Source: Ramazzottius varieornatus
Taxonomy: Eukaryota > Animalia > Tardigrada
Assembly (NCBI GenBank): GCA_001949185.1
Contig: BDGG01000008.1
Coordinates: 186,001 to 250,000, forward strand
Reading direction: 5' to 3'
Length of the DNA: 64,000 nt
Shown here in pieces: positions 37,153-48,755 of this stretch. Numbering within the stretch: the first letter of the stretch is position 1; the number at the start of each line of letters is the position of its first letter. The translations under genes and the position numbers were made by a program. The notes beneath the pieces were generated by a model. That model had not been told where the DNA came from. It did no database searches and saw only the letters and a program-made list of their open reading frames with translations.

Positions 37153-39385
37153 ATGGGGGAACCCGCTGCGGCCGACGCTGCTTGCCCAAGGGATGGCTCC
37201 AGAAAGCACGATATTATTTCTTGTAAATTCAACCCGTCAGGAACTTCTGTACTGGCCACCACTAAAACTGGCTTCCTGATATTCGTTTTGGATCGAGAAG
37301 GAGCTGTCTCTTTACAGCACGAGTACGACGTCGGGGTAGAGATTAAGTTCGCCGAGCGGTTATACTCTACTAATTTGGTGGCATACGTTACTTGTGAAAA
37401 CCCGGAAGTATTCGTAGTCTTCCATTGCAAGCGACGAAAAATTGTGTGCGATTTCCGATATCCCAGTACTATTTCCGTCGTACGATTTAATCGTCAACGC
37501 GTCATCGTTGCCGTGAAAGAAGCGGTAAGAAAACCTCCGACTATTAACATAGGGGGTTCAATAAGTTTTAAAGCTGCGTTCACCAGAAATTCTGTGGTCG
37601 TTCGATCTCGGCAAATTTTTGCAATCAAGCAAAAGCAACTTATGGGCAATACCGAAAAATTAGAGGCTAGGCTGGGAAGTCATTCGTCGAAAAAATTTTG
37701 TAAAGTATATGAAGGGAAGTTTTTTCAGGGCTCCGCGTTGTAGAAGAAATTTTGCAGTTTCCTCCCACTGCTCGTTTGAGTTTAACTATAGCTCTGGATG
37801 AAAGAGGGATGTCTAGTGACTAGCTTGGGCAGAAGGAAGTCAAGCCGGACAGCTGTCAAGGCTCGCTAAAAATTTTCATTTTTTCACCAAGTGAAAATGC
37901 GCAAGTGAAACGGGGATAAACCAGCTGGTGCGTTACCTGATCACTAGCCGGATTTTGCAAACTTTTCTGTTTCCTCCGCCAGGTTTTTATTCGTGATGAA
38001 AGTTAGTTTTCAGTCTGTATTCTCTTCACGCTCTAGTTGCTTTCCGTCGAAGCGCCAGAAAATCATCTATCCCAGATATTCGAGAAACAACATTTCCATC
38101 ATCGGCGCGGATAACGTAAGGATAACATTATAAAATGCGCGAGTTTGAGAGGAAAATCGAAAAACGACTTTTTGCATCTTTTCAAAAACTTATTTCTCCT
38201 CCTGTTCGAGTAGCAAGTACCTCGTCTTTTGAGGATAGTGATAAGAAGAGATGGTCTATCTTTCGAAAGCATGCTCTGGAAAATAGCACTTTCAGGTGGA
38301 CTGTGCCTTAAGACTTATTGAACCCCCTATGTAACTATCTAGACCAACTTTTTCCCTACGAATCTTTCATGCTTGCTGAACTATCTTTCTGTGAAGTAGC
38401 ACTCTCCAGTTATTGGTCAGACTTCATGAACTCCAGTCCTTTTGCTGGATATACTCCAATTCAGTCATGCTGTTGCACTATGCTTTTGTTGACTACTTCG
38501 ATGGCTACGACTAAGTGTTTTGTGCAGATCTACATCCACAACGTGCGGAACATGCAAATCGTGCAAATCATCAAAGACCTCCCACACGGACTTCCGTCCA
38601 ACATCATGGAGCTCGCCACTTCCGATAATTGCGGTTACCTCGCTTTCCCATTCAAAACTGACTCAGGCACTGTCCGCATCTTTGACGTGTTCCAGCTGCA
38701 AGACGTATCATGCATTCAAGCTCATCAAAGTCCCATCGCCGTGGTCAAGTTCGATCCTACCGGCTATCGCATAGCCACAGCCTCTGTTCGAGGCACGTGC
38801 ATCCGAGTTTTCGACAGCGCCCACGGGCAGAAGCTGTGCGAGTTCCGTCGTGGGTTTAAGGAAGTCAAGATGGTGTCGCTTTCCTTCAGCCTGGACAATC
38901 GCTATCTATCAGCCACGAGTGATTCTGAGACCATTCACATCTTCAAAATACCTGTTGATTCCAACCCGGATAACGCGGGGTTTCTGCAAAGCGTGCGGAA
39001 TACAATGACAACGGCTGGTGGCTTACTCAACACGGAAGAACGGGCGTTCCTTACTATGCCCAGTCCGCTGCATGGCCAGTACGCCGTTGGGAACTTTGGG
39101 TCGCTCTCTGTCGGAGTTATCAACTTCCTGTTGATAAATCCGCAAGGACTGTTGTATATCTACTCGCTGGCAGAAAATGCGGAAGGCAGTGGGTTTATTC
39201 GACCAGTCCGACAAGTTAATCTTCAGGAGAAGAAAAAAGCAACGAGTATTATTATATCATCGTTAAACCAGGAAGACGGAAGTGGCAAGACGAAAAAGGA
39301 TGACTTTTTCATAGGGCCCAGTAATTTTGAGAGCAGTAAAACTTTTGAAATAAATGACCGTGTTGTACCCCAGTCAACTGAATGA
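37153..39385 (+). CDS. WIPI1/2 (Atg18) PROPPIN beta-propeller, autophagy factor
   Basis: ERLYSTNLVAYV, VRFNRQRVIV, IYIHNVRNM, IQAHQSPIA, IATASVRGTCIRVF, phosphoinositide-binding FRRG, and SDSETIHIFK. It has a single intron of about 1 kb (37525-38528). Confidence 0.9.
37548..38331. mobile_element. Non-autonomous DNA transposon (about 780 bp) with about 45 bp TIRs inside the WIPI intron
   Basis: Left catagggggttcaataagttttaaagctgcgttcaccagaaa; right end reverse complement catagggggttcaataagtcttaaggcacagtccacctgaaa. No transposase ORF was seen. Confidence 0.8.
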
Positions 39386-39432
39386 TTGTTAAAAATCGAA
39401 ATTTAACAAAACTGAGTCTTTTTGGAACAAGG

Positions 39433-41585
39433 TTATTCTTTTCGACGTTCGTATTGTATGATCGGGTTCTTGGGTGTATGGATCATGGTGGTAAAATTAG
39501 TCTCTGGAAAATACCCGCCTACGAGATCAAACTTATACTTGCGTAAGAGTGTGGCCCATATCGTCTTAATTTGCACGTAGGCAAACTGCTCGCCGATGCA
39601 TCGATGGCGTCCTGCCCCGAAAGGAACGTAGGAAAATTTGGTTTCGCTAGTTATGTCTGGATTCAGATACCTAGAGAAACAACACAAAAAGTAGGATCGT
39701 TTACAAAAACAGATAACTGAAGGTTGAAAGGGAGATATTGGGCGTACCGATCAGGGTCAAACTCGTCTGGATTCTCCCACGAGTCTTTCACATGCTGATT
39801 AACCGGTGGCGATACGCAGATCTGGTGCCCTGGAGGGATCTTGTAACCCTTCACTTCCTGCAATAACTGAAGATTGTTTCCTGTTTTGACGTATATAACC
39901 TCGGAAAGCTTTTCCTTCGTACACCGATATTCCAACTTACCTGCTCCGTTTTGACCACGCGCATCATAGTCATGATAGGAGGTCGCAGCCGCAATGTCTC
40001 TTTCACACATCGGTCCAGCAGATCCAGGTCTTTCAGGACTTCGAAAGACAGTGGCTGGTATGGAGTTCCACAAACCATCTTTTGTTCTTCAACAACAGCT
40101 TTCTGAAAGACAAAAAAGTTTCTGGTTGTAGCAACGACAGCGTCTCCTTTCCGAAGCCCGACAGTATGATTTCATCACGCTATACAGCCCCAAAGCTCGA
40201 TTATCACACTGACCTGAAGTGCCTGGTTCTTCGCCAGGAAAAAGCCCATCCATGAGCTAGAGGTGGACGACGTATGCTGGCCTGCCATCAGCAATCCAAT
40301 GAGCATGCCGGCGATCTGGTCGTCGGTTAGATGTGTTCCGTCCCTAGAAAAGCAACCCGATATCGAAATCCTAGTACTAGTACTGCATGAATTCACAAAC
40401 GCATCTACAGGTTCTTTAGGTACTTGTAAGTGGAGTCAATCAAGGTTTGCAGCATGTCGTCATCGCGAACACCCGATTCGCGTCTTTTCTGAATTGCACC
40501 GTGGAAGATTTGCTTCATTCTCTTGTGCGCAGCATCCCGTCTGCGGAAGCTTGGGAGAGGGAGCCAGGCAGGGAGTAACCAAGCTTCGTGGGAGAACCCT
40601 CCGTCCAAGTCAGCATACAGCTGCGCCACCTATGAGCAAAGCCGTGACACCAGGGACGAACAAGCAGTTACCGCTTCTCGGGTGGATTGGAAGGAGGCTT
40701 CATTTACTAACCTCTTCGTTGAGAACAGCTCGAATTTCTTTTCCTTGTAAGCATCGGCTGGCGGTTAATATGACCAACTCAGCCATTGCGTGGAAAAGGT
40801 CCTTCTTGCCGTAGTCACCCCATCGCTCGAAGTACTTCTCCGTTTCTTCGATGATCATCGGTATATGCGCTCTGAACTGAGCTATATTCAAACCGGTCTT
40901 GAACATCTTCTTCTGCTCCATGAACACCTGTAGTCAAATTTTCCATCAGCTTCCGCCTGCAGGCAAGGTAAGTTTTACACGAAGCACTTACGTTATTTGG
41001 AACATCATAAGCCACACCTTTCCCGAAGACCGGAGTCACGAGCTTGCCGTAGATCTCCTCGGCGTTCAAGTCTTCATTCTTGCTATTGAAGAAAAGCGCG
41101 CTAGCGTCGGACCCAACGACGTAGGTGAAGGTCTTGCCCATCATTTGCATACTGAAGACCGGTCCATACTGCAAAAAACCACATTCAAACACGGTTAATT
41201 TTTCCCGATTCAGTCCAAAGGCTGAACCGATAGCCTCACAGTGAAAAACCACTCGACGTTAGGCAGAAATAAATTAACCTTGTAGTATGCGTTCTCGAGG
41301 AAGGCGACAGGGTTGATGCCGAAGTCCAGAGCGCTACCCAGAAATGGTATGGTGTAAGGTACGAGCGGTGGAAGGTCCTATCAAGTACAAAAAGACAGTA
41401 CGTATGGGTTCAGAATAATTTGCTGCACATGTACGAACACTTACCTTTTGGGATGAACCGGAAGTCCGTACATAGCGCCAGAGATAAAGCACGAAAATGA
41501 TGCATACAGCCAGCACGGAGATAGTTGTCTGTCGGTTGCAACAGCTGAAAGCTTCTGTCACGAAGCCGCTGAAGCCCTCCATCAT
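39433..41585 (-). CDS. CYP51A1: Lanosterol 14-alpha-demethylase (sterol 14-demethylase P450)
   Basis: N-terminal [39 protein letters not shown] (SRS1), [27 protein letters not shown]-helix [26 protein letters not shown], heme motif [16 protein letters not shown], and TMIHTP. Confidence 0.97.
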
Positions 41586-42101
41586 GACGTAGTTGACGCC
41601 TCAGTTCCCACAACGATCCAGAATGCTGGAAGGCACCACTGGTTGCAATGGAGAATCTACAGGAACATTCGCTGGACCGAACGGGCTAACTCCAAGTAAT
41701 CACGCTGTGCGCATCAGGCAAAACTGATCGTGCGGTAAAAGCGTGCGCCGGTGATGCATGCGTGGGTCGAAGGAAGGTACTGCGGAAATCTCAAACGGAC
41801 CGCGAACTGGACAAAGTCCAGAAAGAAGATTGAAATCAACGAGACTTTCCAAGTTCCAACTCAAAGTTTTAGCCTGCCATTTGCACAGCTGATCTGGCTG
41901 ATGACGTCAACGGAAACAGCTGATGAATAATCTCCAATCAAAAAGTAAACAATCGGGTCAACCGAGCTCTTCAATCAATCAACCACTTGTGCGGCTGCAG
42001 CAGTCTTATGATTCCCATCTGCAATTAAACTTGTTAATTTTCCTGGTTGCCATCTCTGTAAAAATTTCTCCCATCGTTTTCCGCTTTCCTTTGCGCAGAC
42101 A
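41586..42101. promoter_or_regulatory. Putative bidirectional promoter shared by CYP51 and LSS
   Basis: 516 bp between divergent ATGs. It contains a perfect CRE palindrome TGACGTCA (41902-41909) flanked by two CAGCTG E-boxes (41886-41891, 41917-41922) and a CCAAT (41934-41938). A splice acceptor directly before the LSS ATG suggests a 5'UTR intron. Confidence 0.55.
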
Positions 42102-45059
42102 ATGGGATTCACCACGGATTTCGTCTACGGTAACAACCTGCCCAGGAATCGAGGAGGACCATACAAGACCAAACCGGCGACCGATTTGACTCGATGGCGG
42201 CTGACGAATATTGGAGGACGGCAAACATGGAAATATTACGAGACTAACGAAAGTCCACCTCGCGGCCAGTCCTTCCTCGAGAAGCATTCCTTGGGACTTC
42301 CAGCAGTAAGTTGCCTTTGTGACGTGATCCAATATCTACCATGTATGTCTCACTTCAGGAGGATGATGGCAACAGTGCTCGAAACAGTGCGAAACTGGCA
42401 CCGGAAGCTGCCTTACGAGGAATGGACTTTTACGCTAAGCTGCAAGCCGAAGATGGACACTGGGCAGGCGACTATGGCGGTCCGCTGTTCCTCCTCCCCG
42501 GGCTAGTTATCGTCTGTTACATCACTAACACGTCCTTCTCGAACGCACAAAAGCTGGAGATTATTCGTTATCTTCGATCTGTCCAGTGTCCAGGTGGAGG
42601 ATGGGGGTAATAAGAACACCCTATATGAGGCGCCACTTCGCGAATGGTTAGTTATCAACAACTTCCACCTATGTCTTTGTAGGTTGCACATCGAAGGCCC
42701 GCCAACGGTTTTCGGGTGCGCGCTGAACTACTGTGTGATGCGGATTCTAGGTGTGTCGGCGGACGACGGTGACCTCCGGCTGGCTCGCGAGCGTCTGCTG
42801 GGTCTGGGCGGGGCAGCAGCTATTCCTTCCTGGGGAAAGTTCTGGTTAGCTATCCTCAACGTGTATGAATGGAACGGTATGCATTCGCTTCTACCGGAAA
42901 TGTGGCTGTTACCTGAATGGATACCGATCCATCCTTCGAAGCTATGGTGCCATTGCAGGTAGCTTTCCTTCGACTACTGTATATCATACTTTTCTGTGAC
43001 GCTTCTGTCACGGAAATTCAGCTTATCTTAGACAGGTCTATCTCCCTATGGGCGTATGTTACGGTCTTCGACTGAGAGCTCCCGTGAACGATCTGATTGG
43101 ACAGCTCAGGAAGGAAATATACGTCCAGAATTACGAGACGATTGACTGGAAGGCTCAGCGGGACAATGTCTCTTCTGCGGATCTCTACACACCCCATAGC
43201 TGGCTCTTGAAAATAAGCTATGGTACGACAGTGACATCTTTCCGCTTATCATCCGTGGGCCTGTTTTGTAACTAGATGTTCACTGCAGTGTTCCTGGACT
43301 TTTACGAAAGCTACGGGCTTCGCTTTTTCCGCAAACTGGCCGTTGATAAATGTTATAAAGACATTTGCGCAGATGATAAATTCACAAATTGCATCAGTAT
43401 TGGACCGGTAAGTGACCATCATAATGAACTAAACGGTTCCTCAACAAGCAAGAAGTAAAAGTATAAGCGTCGAACTGTGTTTATAGATTTCGAAAGTTAT
43501 CAACATGTTCGTGCGATGGGCTGTTGACGGGCCCCAAAATCCGTGGTTCAAAATGCACCAGGAAAGGGTGGACGACTACTTGTGGCTCGGCTTGGACGGT
43601 ATGAAGATGAGTGGAACAAACGGCTCGCAAGTATGGGACACTGCTTTCGCGATTCAAGCCTTCGTTGAGGTAAGCGCTACTGCTCTTACCAGTATAAACG
43701 GTCTTGTAGAATTTTCTGGGGTTTGCTAGGCGGCCGCCGTTCAGCATCCGAATCTGTTGGAGACACTCAGTTCCGCCCACGGTTTTTTACGGTTCTCCCA
43801 AATCCTCGCTAGTCCATCTCAGTGCGAAACCTACTATCGACAACCCAGCAAAGGTGGTTGGCCATTTTCAACCTTGGACTGCGGATGGATAGTGGCGGAC
43901 TGCACAGCGGAAGCACTGAAGAGCGTGCTCTACCTCCAGAAACTGCGTCCTCTAGACATGATGATCACCGCCTTGTCCCCTCGACGAATGCAGGACGCAG
44001 TCGACCTAGTACGGTACAGTTGGTACGACAAAAACTAACCTTTTCTAATGTTTCTCATTACCTTTTGGTTCTTAGCTTTTGGCGATGAAGAACGAAGATG
44101 GAGGATTCGCCACATATGAGCGGAAACGAGGAGGGCGCCTTCTGGAGCTCCTCAACCCGTCGGAAGTCTTCGGCGATATCATGATCGACTACACGTATGT
44201 TGAGTGCACTTCAGCAGCCATGCAAGCTGTAAAGACTTTTTCAAGTCAGTTTCCCGAATACCGTAGTAACGATTGCAGGTAAGTTAGGGCCGAACTTGCG
44301 AGATGATTGAATGAACGAAGGTCTTCACTGCTTATATGACACTAAACTTTCATGGGTCGCAGGAATCTGCTTTCCGATGGCCTTGAGTATGTTCGAAAGC
44401 AGCAAAGAACAGATGGCTCGTGGGAAGGTTCGTGGGGCGTATGCTTCACTTATGGCACATGGTTTGGGCTGGAAGCTTACGCATGTATGGGATACGGATA
44501 CGGGAATGACAAGTAGACAGCTGGACAACAATTATGGTCCCGAAAAGTAAAGAACAGATGTCAGGCGATCTTCAGTTGATCTTGTATATTTCAGATCTCC
44601 AAGTTTGGAAGTTGTCAAAGCGTGCGCTTTCCTGGTCCGGTACCAAATGAGCGATGGCGGCTGGGGAGAGAACTTTGAATCCTGTGAACAGCGGCAGTAT
44701 GTGCAGAGCGAAACTTCCCAGATTGTCAACACGTGCTGGGCATTACTTGGCCTTATGGCAGTCAGGTATGCATTATGCAACCCTTCCAAGTTAGTAACGA
44801 CAGAAGAGCACCACAATGAGAACGTAGGATTACGGCTGTTTCCAGGTACCCGGAAGTGGAAATAATTGAGCGCGGCATTGATTTGCTGATCCGAAGACAA
44901 CTAAGCAATGGAGACTGGCCTCAAGAAAACATCAGCGGCGTTTTCAACAAGTCTTGTGCCATCTCCTACACTAGCTATCGGAACGTCTTTCCGATTTGGA
45001 CTTTGGGTAGATTCATGCAGCTGTATCCGTCTCATTCATTCGTACGACGTACTCGGTAA
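42102..45059 (+). CDS. LSS: Lanosterol synthase (2,3-oxidosqualene cyclase)
   Basis: [109 protein letters not shown] (catalytic DCTAE), [21 protein letters not shown] repeats ([28 protein letters not shown]), and [11 protein letters not shown]. Confidence 0.97.
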
Positions 45060-45674
45060 CGCTTCGTTCAACTTCTAAGTCGGGGTTCGCTGCTCAAGTA
45101 AGCTTTTGAAAGAATTCCTTCAATGATGTCTCAGCCAAATGCCCATCTATTTTTATTACTGAAAAGTACATCAGAATATCCAATAAATTCCCTATGCTAT
45201 GTTACTAGTCAGTTGCCGCAGTTAGACCGATTTTGATGCATCACTTTAGTTTGTTTTTCTTAGCTTTAATCTGTGGAGGTATGATTAATGCATTCTTCGC
45301 ATTAGTCACTTTCTTGCAGCTGACATCGAACAATAAGTTTTCGATTTGAGAAAGTAAACTAGTTTTCTAGCTGAAAGGCAAACGCGTACTTGACGCAACA
45401 ACAAGAAGAAGTGAATGGGTGTCAAATACTTGCTAAGGTATTCGCTCAAGAAGTAAACAACAGCGAGCATGCGTCTGCACTGTTTGCCTAATTTGAGGAT
45501 ACTTTAGCCTACTTCGAAAGCCTATCGTGTACGTGTACTTACTTCGAAGTTTCGTATGATTACCTTTCGATCTACGCATACAGAAAAATTTCCCTTTCGA
45601 TCCTGAATACCGCGCACATATTTCAGTTATCTGTTTCTGTTCCCGGGTGGTTTTTCAAAAAGGTCTTCAGAAGA

Positions 45675-45980
45675 ATGGCTGCTTTCGGACAAGAGTACAT
45701 CTACGAACGTGTGGAAGAACGACACGTTGACGACGATACTGGGGAAGTTACGGTCGAAGTTGGGGAAGACTGGGGAGGACAGGATGTCAGTATGAACTAC
45801 AAAGCGAGTCCTCCACGAACAGTGAAGCAACCACCGTCGTTGCAAGCTCACTACAAGGCTCCAGCCAGTACTCCCGAACCATCGCTGACTTTCGACGACT
45901 TCCCTCTTCAAGAAATCCCGTTGAATAACCATCATGGAGCCGTGCCGTTTCCGAAGAGTGGCGTTATATCGTCCTCGTAA
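45675..45980 (+). CDS. Small orphan protein (101 aa) with an acidic N-half and Pro-rich C-half
   Basis: Clean ORF with good start context (gaaATGG), coding-like composition and an upstream acceptor at about 45626. No recognised domain. Confidence 0.5.
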   Translation: MAAFGQEYIYERVEERHVDDDTGEVTVEVGEDWGGQDVSMNYKASPPRTVKQPPSLQAHYKAPASTPEPSLTFDDFPLQEIPLNNHHGAVPFPKSGVISSS

Positions 45981-46727
45981 TATTTCCGCTGGCTCTTCGA
46001 AATGAAGTCTGGCTGTTGTATAAATCCCCAAACTAGTAATGACTGTTTCATTTTTTCATCAGTACGCTTTAGTTATCCCTAAAGTTCATGCAACTGTGCA
46101 GGTTCCGTACATTTACCTTTCCTGATTTTTTGAATGTCGAAACGAAGAATCGCTGGACATTTTATTCCCAAAAATTCTCAGAAGAGTGTACGAGTAAAGA
46201 ATATTTCTTCCGCTCGTGGTTTCGCCTCCGTTACTGCATGAGATCTACGACACACTCGATGAAGAAGACCATTCTTCATTTGAGCAATGTTGAAACATGT
46301 CGACGTCTACGGTTCGTCCACTGGACTTTGGTCCCTTTGTCTTCTTAGCTTGCGCCAATGTGTGTCGGGGAGAAGATCCATCATTTTTCCCATACTGTGA
46401 GACAAGCTCCCTCACTAATACCATTCTTTTCTTTCAGGCCCTTCACACTACAAATATTGAATCCTGCGCGCGCGCGAGTGAGGTTTCTGATCGAAAATTA
46501 CTCATGGACAACAGGGAACTCATGGCAATATGATGGAGGAGAGAGCAACGAACAAGGAAGTCTGTCGAAACTTTGTGCTTCGACCGAGTACAGTGCTAGA
46601 ACGGAGTCATATAAAGATTGCCAACGATCACCGGAAACAATATCAGATTTCTTCATTGCAGTCCCAAGCACCCAAGCAGCGTTAGTTCGGTATTCGGGAT
46701 ATCGTGTAAATCCAGTCCTGATCGAAC

Positions 46728-47288
46728 ATGTTGCTCAAACTACAAGTCTTCTGTTTTGTCATAGCTATTCTCCGGTACGCTGAACTTGTTTCTGGATATG
46801 GCGGTGCGGTCTTGGGAGGCGGAGGTGGCTACGGAACAGGAGTGCTCAGCGGAGGTGGTTACGGCGGCTACGGTGGAGGGCTTGGAGGCGGCTATGGTGG
46901 ATACGGAGGTGGATATTATTCCGGTGGCGGACTTTCTTCCGGGTACGGATATGGAAATCAAGGGTTTTCAGGTGGTGGAGGATACGGTTACGGTGGCGGT
47001 GGCGGACTGCAAGGTGGTGGTTATTACGGTGGTCAGGGCGGTCTTGTGGGTCAACCGTACGGAAGTGGCGGGTATCCTTTGTCTTACAACCAAGGCTTCT
47101 CCAGCGGATACTATGGAGGCGGTCTGAGCGGTGGAGGTGGATACTATGGTGGAGGACTGAGCGGCGGTGGTGGATATTATGGAGGAGGATTAAGCGGTGG
47201 TGGATATTATGGAGGAGGATTAAGCGGTGGTGGCGGCGGCTACTATGGCGGACTTTCAGGTGGCGGTGGATACGGGAAGAAAAAGTAG
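46728..47288 (+). CDS. Secreted Gly/Tyr-rich repeat protein (cuticular/structural or Gly-rich antimicrobial-like)
   Basis: Signal peptide MLLKLQVFCFVIAILRYAELVSG; the mature chain is over half Gly, with GGG(G)YYGGGLS repeats, and ends YGKKK*. Single exon. Confidence 0.85.
   Translation: MLLKLQVFCFVIAILRYAELVSGYGGAVLGGGGGYGTGVLSGGGYGGYGGGLGGGYGGYGGGYYSGGGLSSGYGYGNQGFSGGGGYGYGGGGGLQGGGYYGGQGGLVGQPYGSGGYPLSYNQGFSSGYYGGGLSGGGGYYGGGLSGGGGYYGGGLSGGGYYGGGLSGGGGGYYGGLSGGGGYGKKK
47105..47277 (+). repeat. Coding tandem repeat, 30-33 nt unit (GGG[G]YYGGGLS) x5-6
   Basis: ggtggtggatattatggaggaggattaagc occurs twice in tandem, with degenerate copies on both sides. Confidence 0.85.
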
Positions 47289-47887
47289 CTGAATACGAGG
47301 CAAGGCTCAGGATTTTCCTGCATGATAAGAAGTAGCTCATTATTTTTGTACTTTGATTTGTATTTGCGTAAGTAGTTCTTGTGAGTGTACTCACCACCTT
47401 TCAAGATCACAAATTACATTCCTGTTTCGTAACTTCTGGCCTGCACTTCGGTGTAAAATGGAAACCCAAAGCTACTAATTCCCAAAACCCGAACAGACAC
47501 GTTGGTCACTCGACTGGTTGCATGGTTCGTCTGATTCTTCCCTTCTGCGCGAATAAAGCGTCCCAAAAATCGTGACGGTCCACTATACAGTCCAAAATCT
47601 AGCGCATCATCCGATCACGTTCTTGTGTTCGGACCATAAGACGTTATGTGATCAACTTGCAGCAGATCAGGGCGGTCATGTTATAAACTGTCATGTTGAT
47701 GTTGTCAGGTCGTACATGGCAGTAGGACTCGTATGACTCTGTTATGTCGAACTGCGCGTCTGCGAAGTCCGAGATTGCGATCGATTCAGTTTCATGTGGA
47801 ATTCCGGAAATCTGGAGGAACAATCTGTTGCTTCCTGCTTTTTTACTGTTCAACTGTTTGTTCGCCACTGCTGATGATCGCTCTACC

Positions 47888-48755
47888 ATGAGAGCTCTCA
47901 CTTTGGGATTCCTGATCGGGATAAGTCTCCTTGTATTGGTAAGTGCCAAGCAGTCAGAAACTTACGTACTGCACCGTCTAATTCTTTCGTTGTAACAGTC
48001 GTCTTGTCAGTCGACCACCGTCCGAGTTGAGTTCGAGCTCAAGAAGTTTCTCAACGCGAAGGGAATCACGCAGACGGGTTCCAAATGCTCCAGGCTTGGA
48101 AATGCATGCAGTCACAAAATTACGGGCTACGTAGACACGTGAGTCGACCTTGTTCTCTTTTGTAACCGACGCACGATCCATGCTCTGCTTGGTAACTTCC
48201 GCTTGTTTCAGGTCCGTACCGAAAAAAGGGTGGCCTGGAACCAAGGGTGTGGAAACGTGGCCAGTCATCCTTGAACAGAAAGACAACAGTCTCACGATGA
48301 ACAAGGTTATCTCCTCTGATGTTTGCTCGGGAAACTTTAAGGTGAGGCACCGATCGCAAGCTGGCAGTCCGCGGAAACCTTCAGTGGAAGCTTACTCATA
48401 TGAGCCTTTATTCAGGAAGCCGTCCTAAGAGTACACATTGTAGACGCCGGAGGAGCTCTTTCTTCAGCCAAGCTGGTGGAAGACTTCGAATGCTTGAGCG
48501 GCGCCAACACCAACATCGCACCGAACGAGATGCAAGCTACTTGGTCGGAAGAAAAGTCCTGTCAAGCCAAGTTCAACCCGGACAACAACAGGTTCGAAGT
48601 TCTCCTCATTTTGCACCATAAAACCAGGCGTATTGAATTTGGAATGACCAGACACTGTTCGAATTATCAGGCTGACGTTCAAAGTAAGAGTCTACGCCCT
48701 TCCTGCCGCAAGCTGCGGTCGACCTCCCGCTCGTCCCTCAGGAAAAGGACACTGA
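47888..48755 (+). CDS. Secreted single C2-fold protein, AMNP-like family, copy 1 (metal ligands degenerate)
   Basis: Signal peptide; VRVEFELKKFLNAKG...CSRLGNACSHKITGYVDT...WPG...KVISSDVC...LRVHIVDAGG...FECL...ATWSEEKSCQAKFNP...CGRPP; 5 exons. Confidence 0.8.

Noticed and set aside
46846-47397. His/Arg-rich repeat ORF on the minus strand
   Set aside because: Antisense shadow of the Gly/Tyr-rich gene (GGT/GGA codons read backwards).
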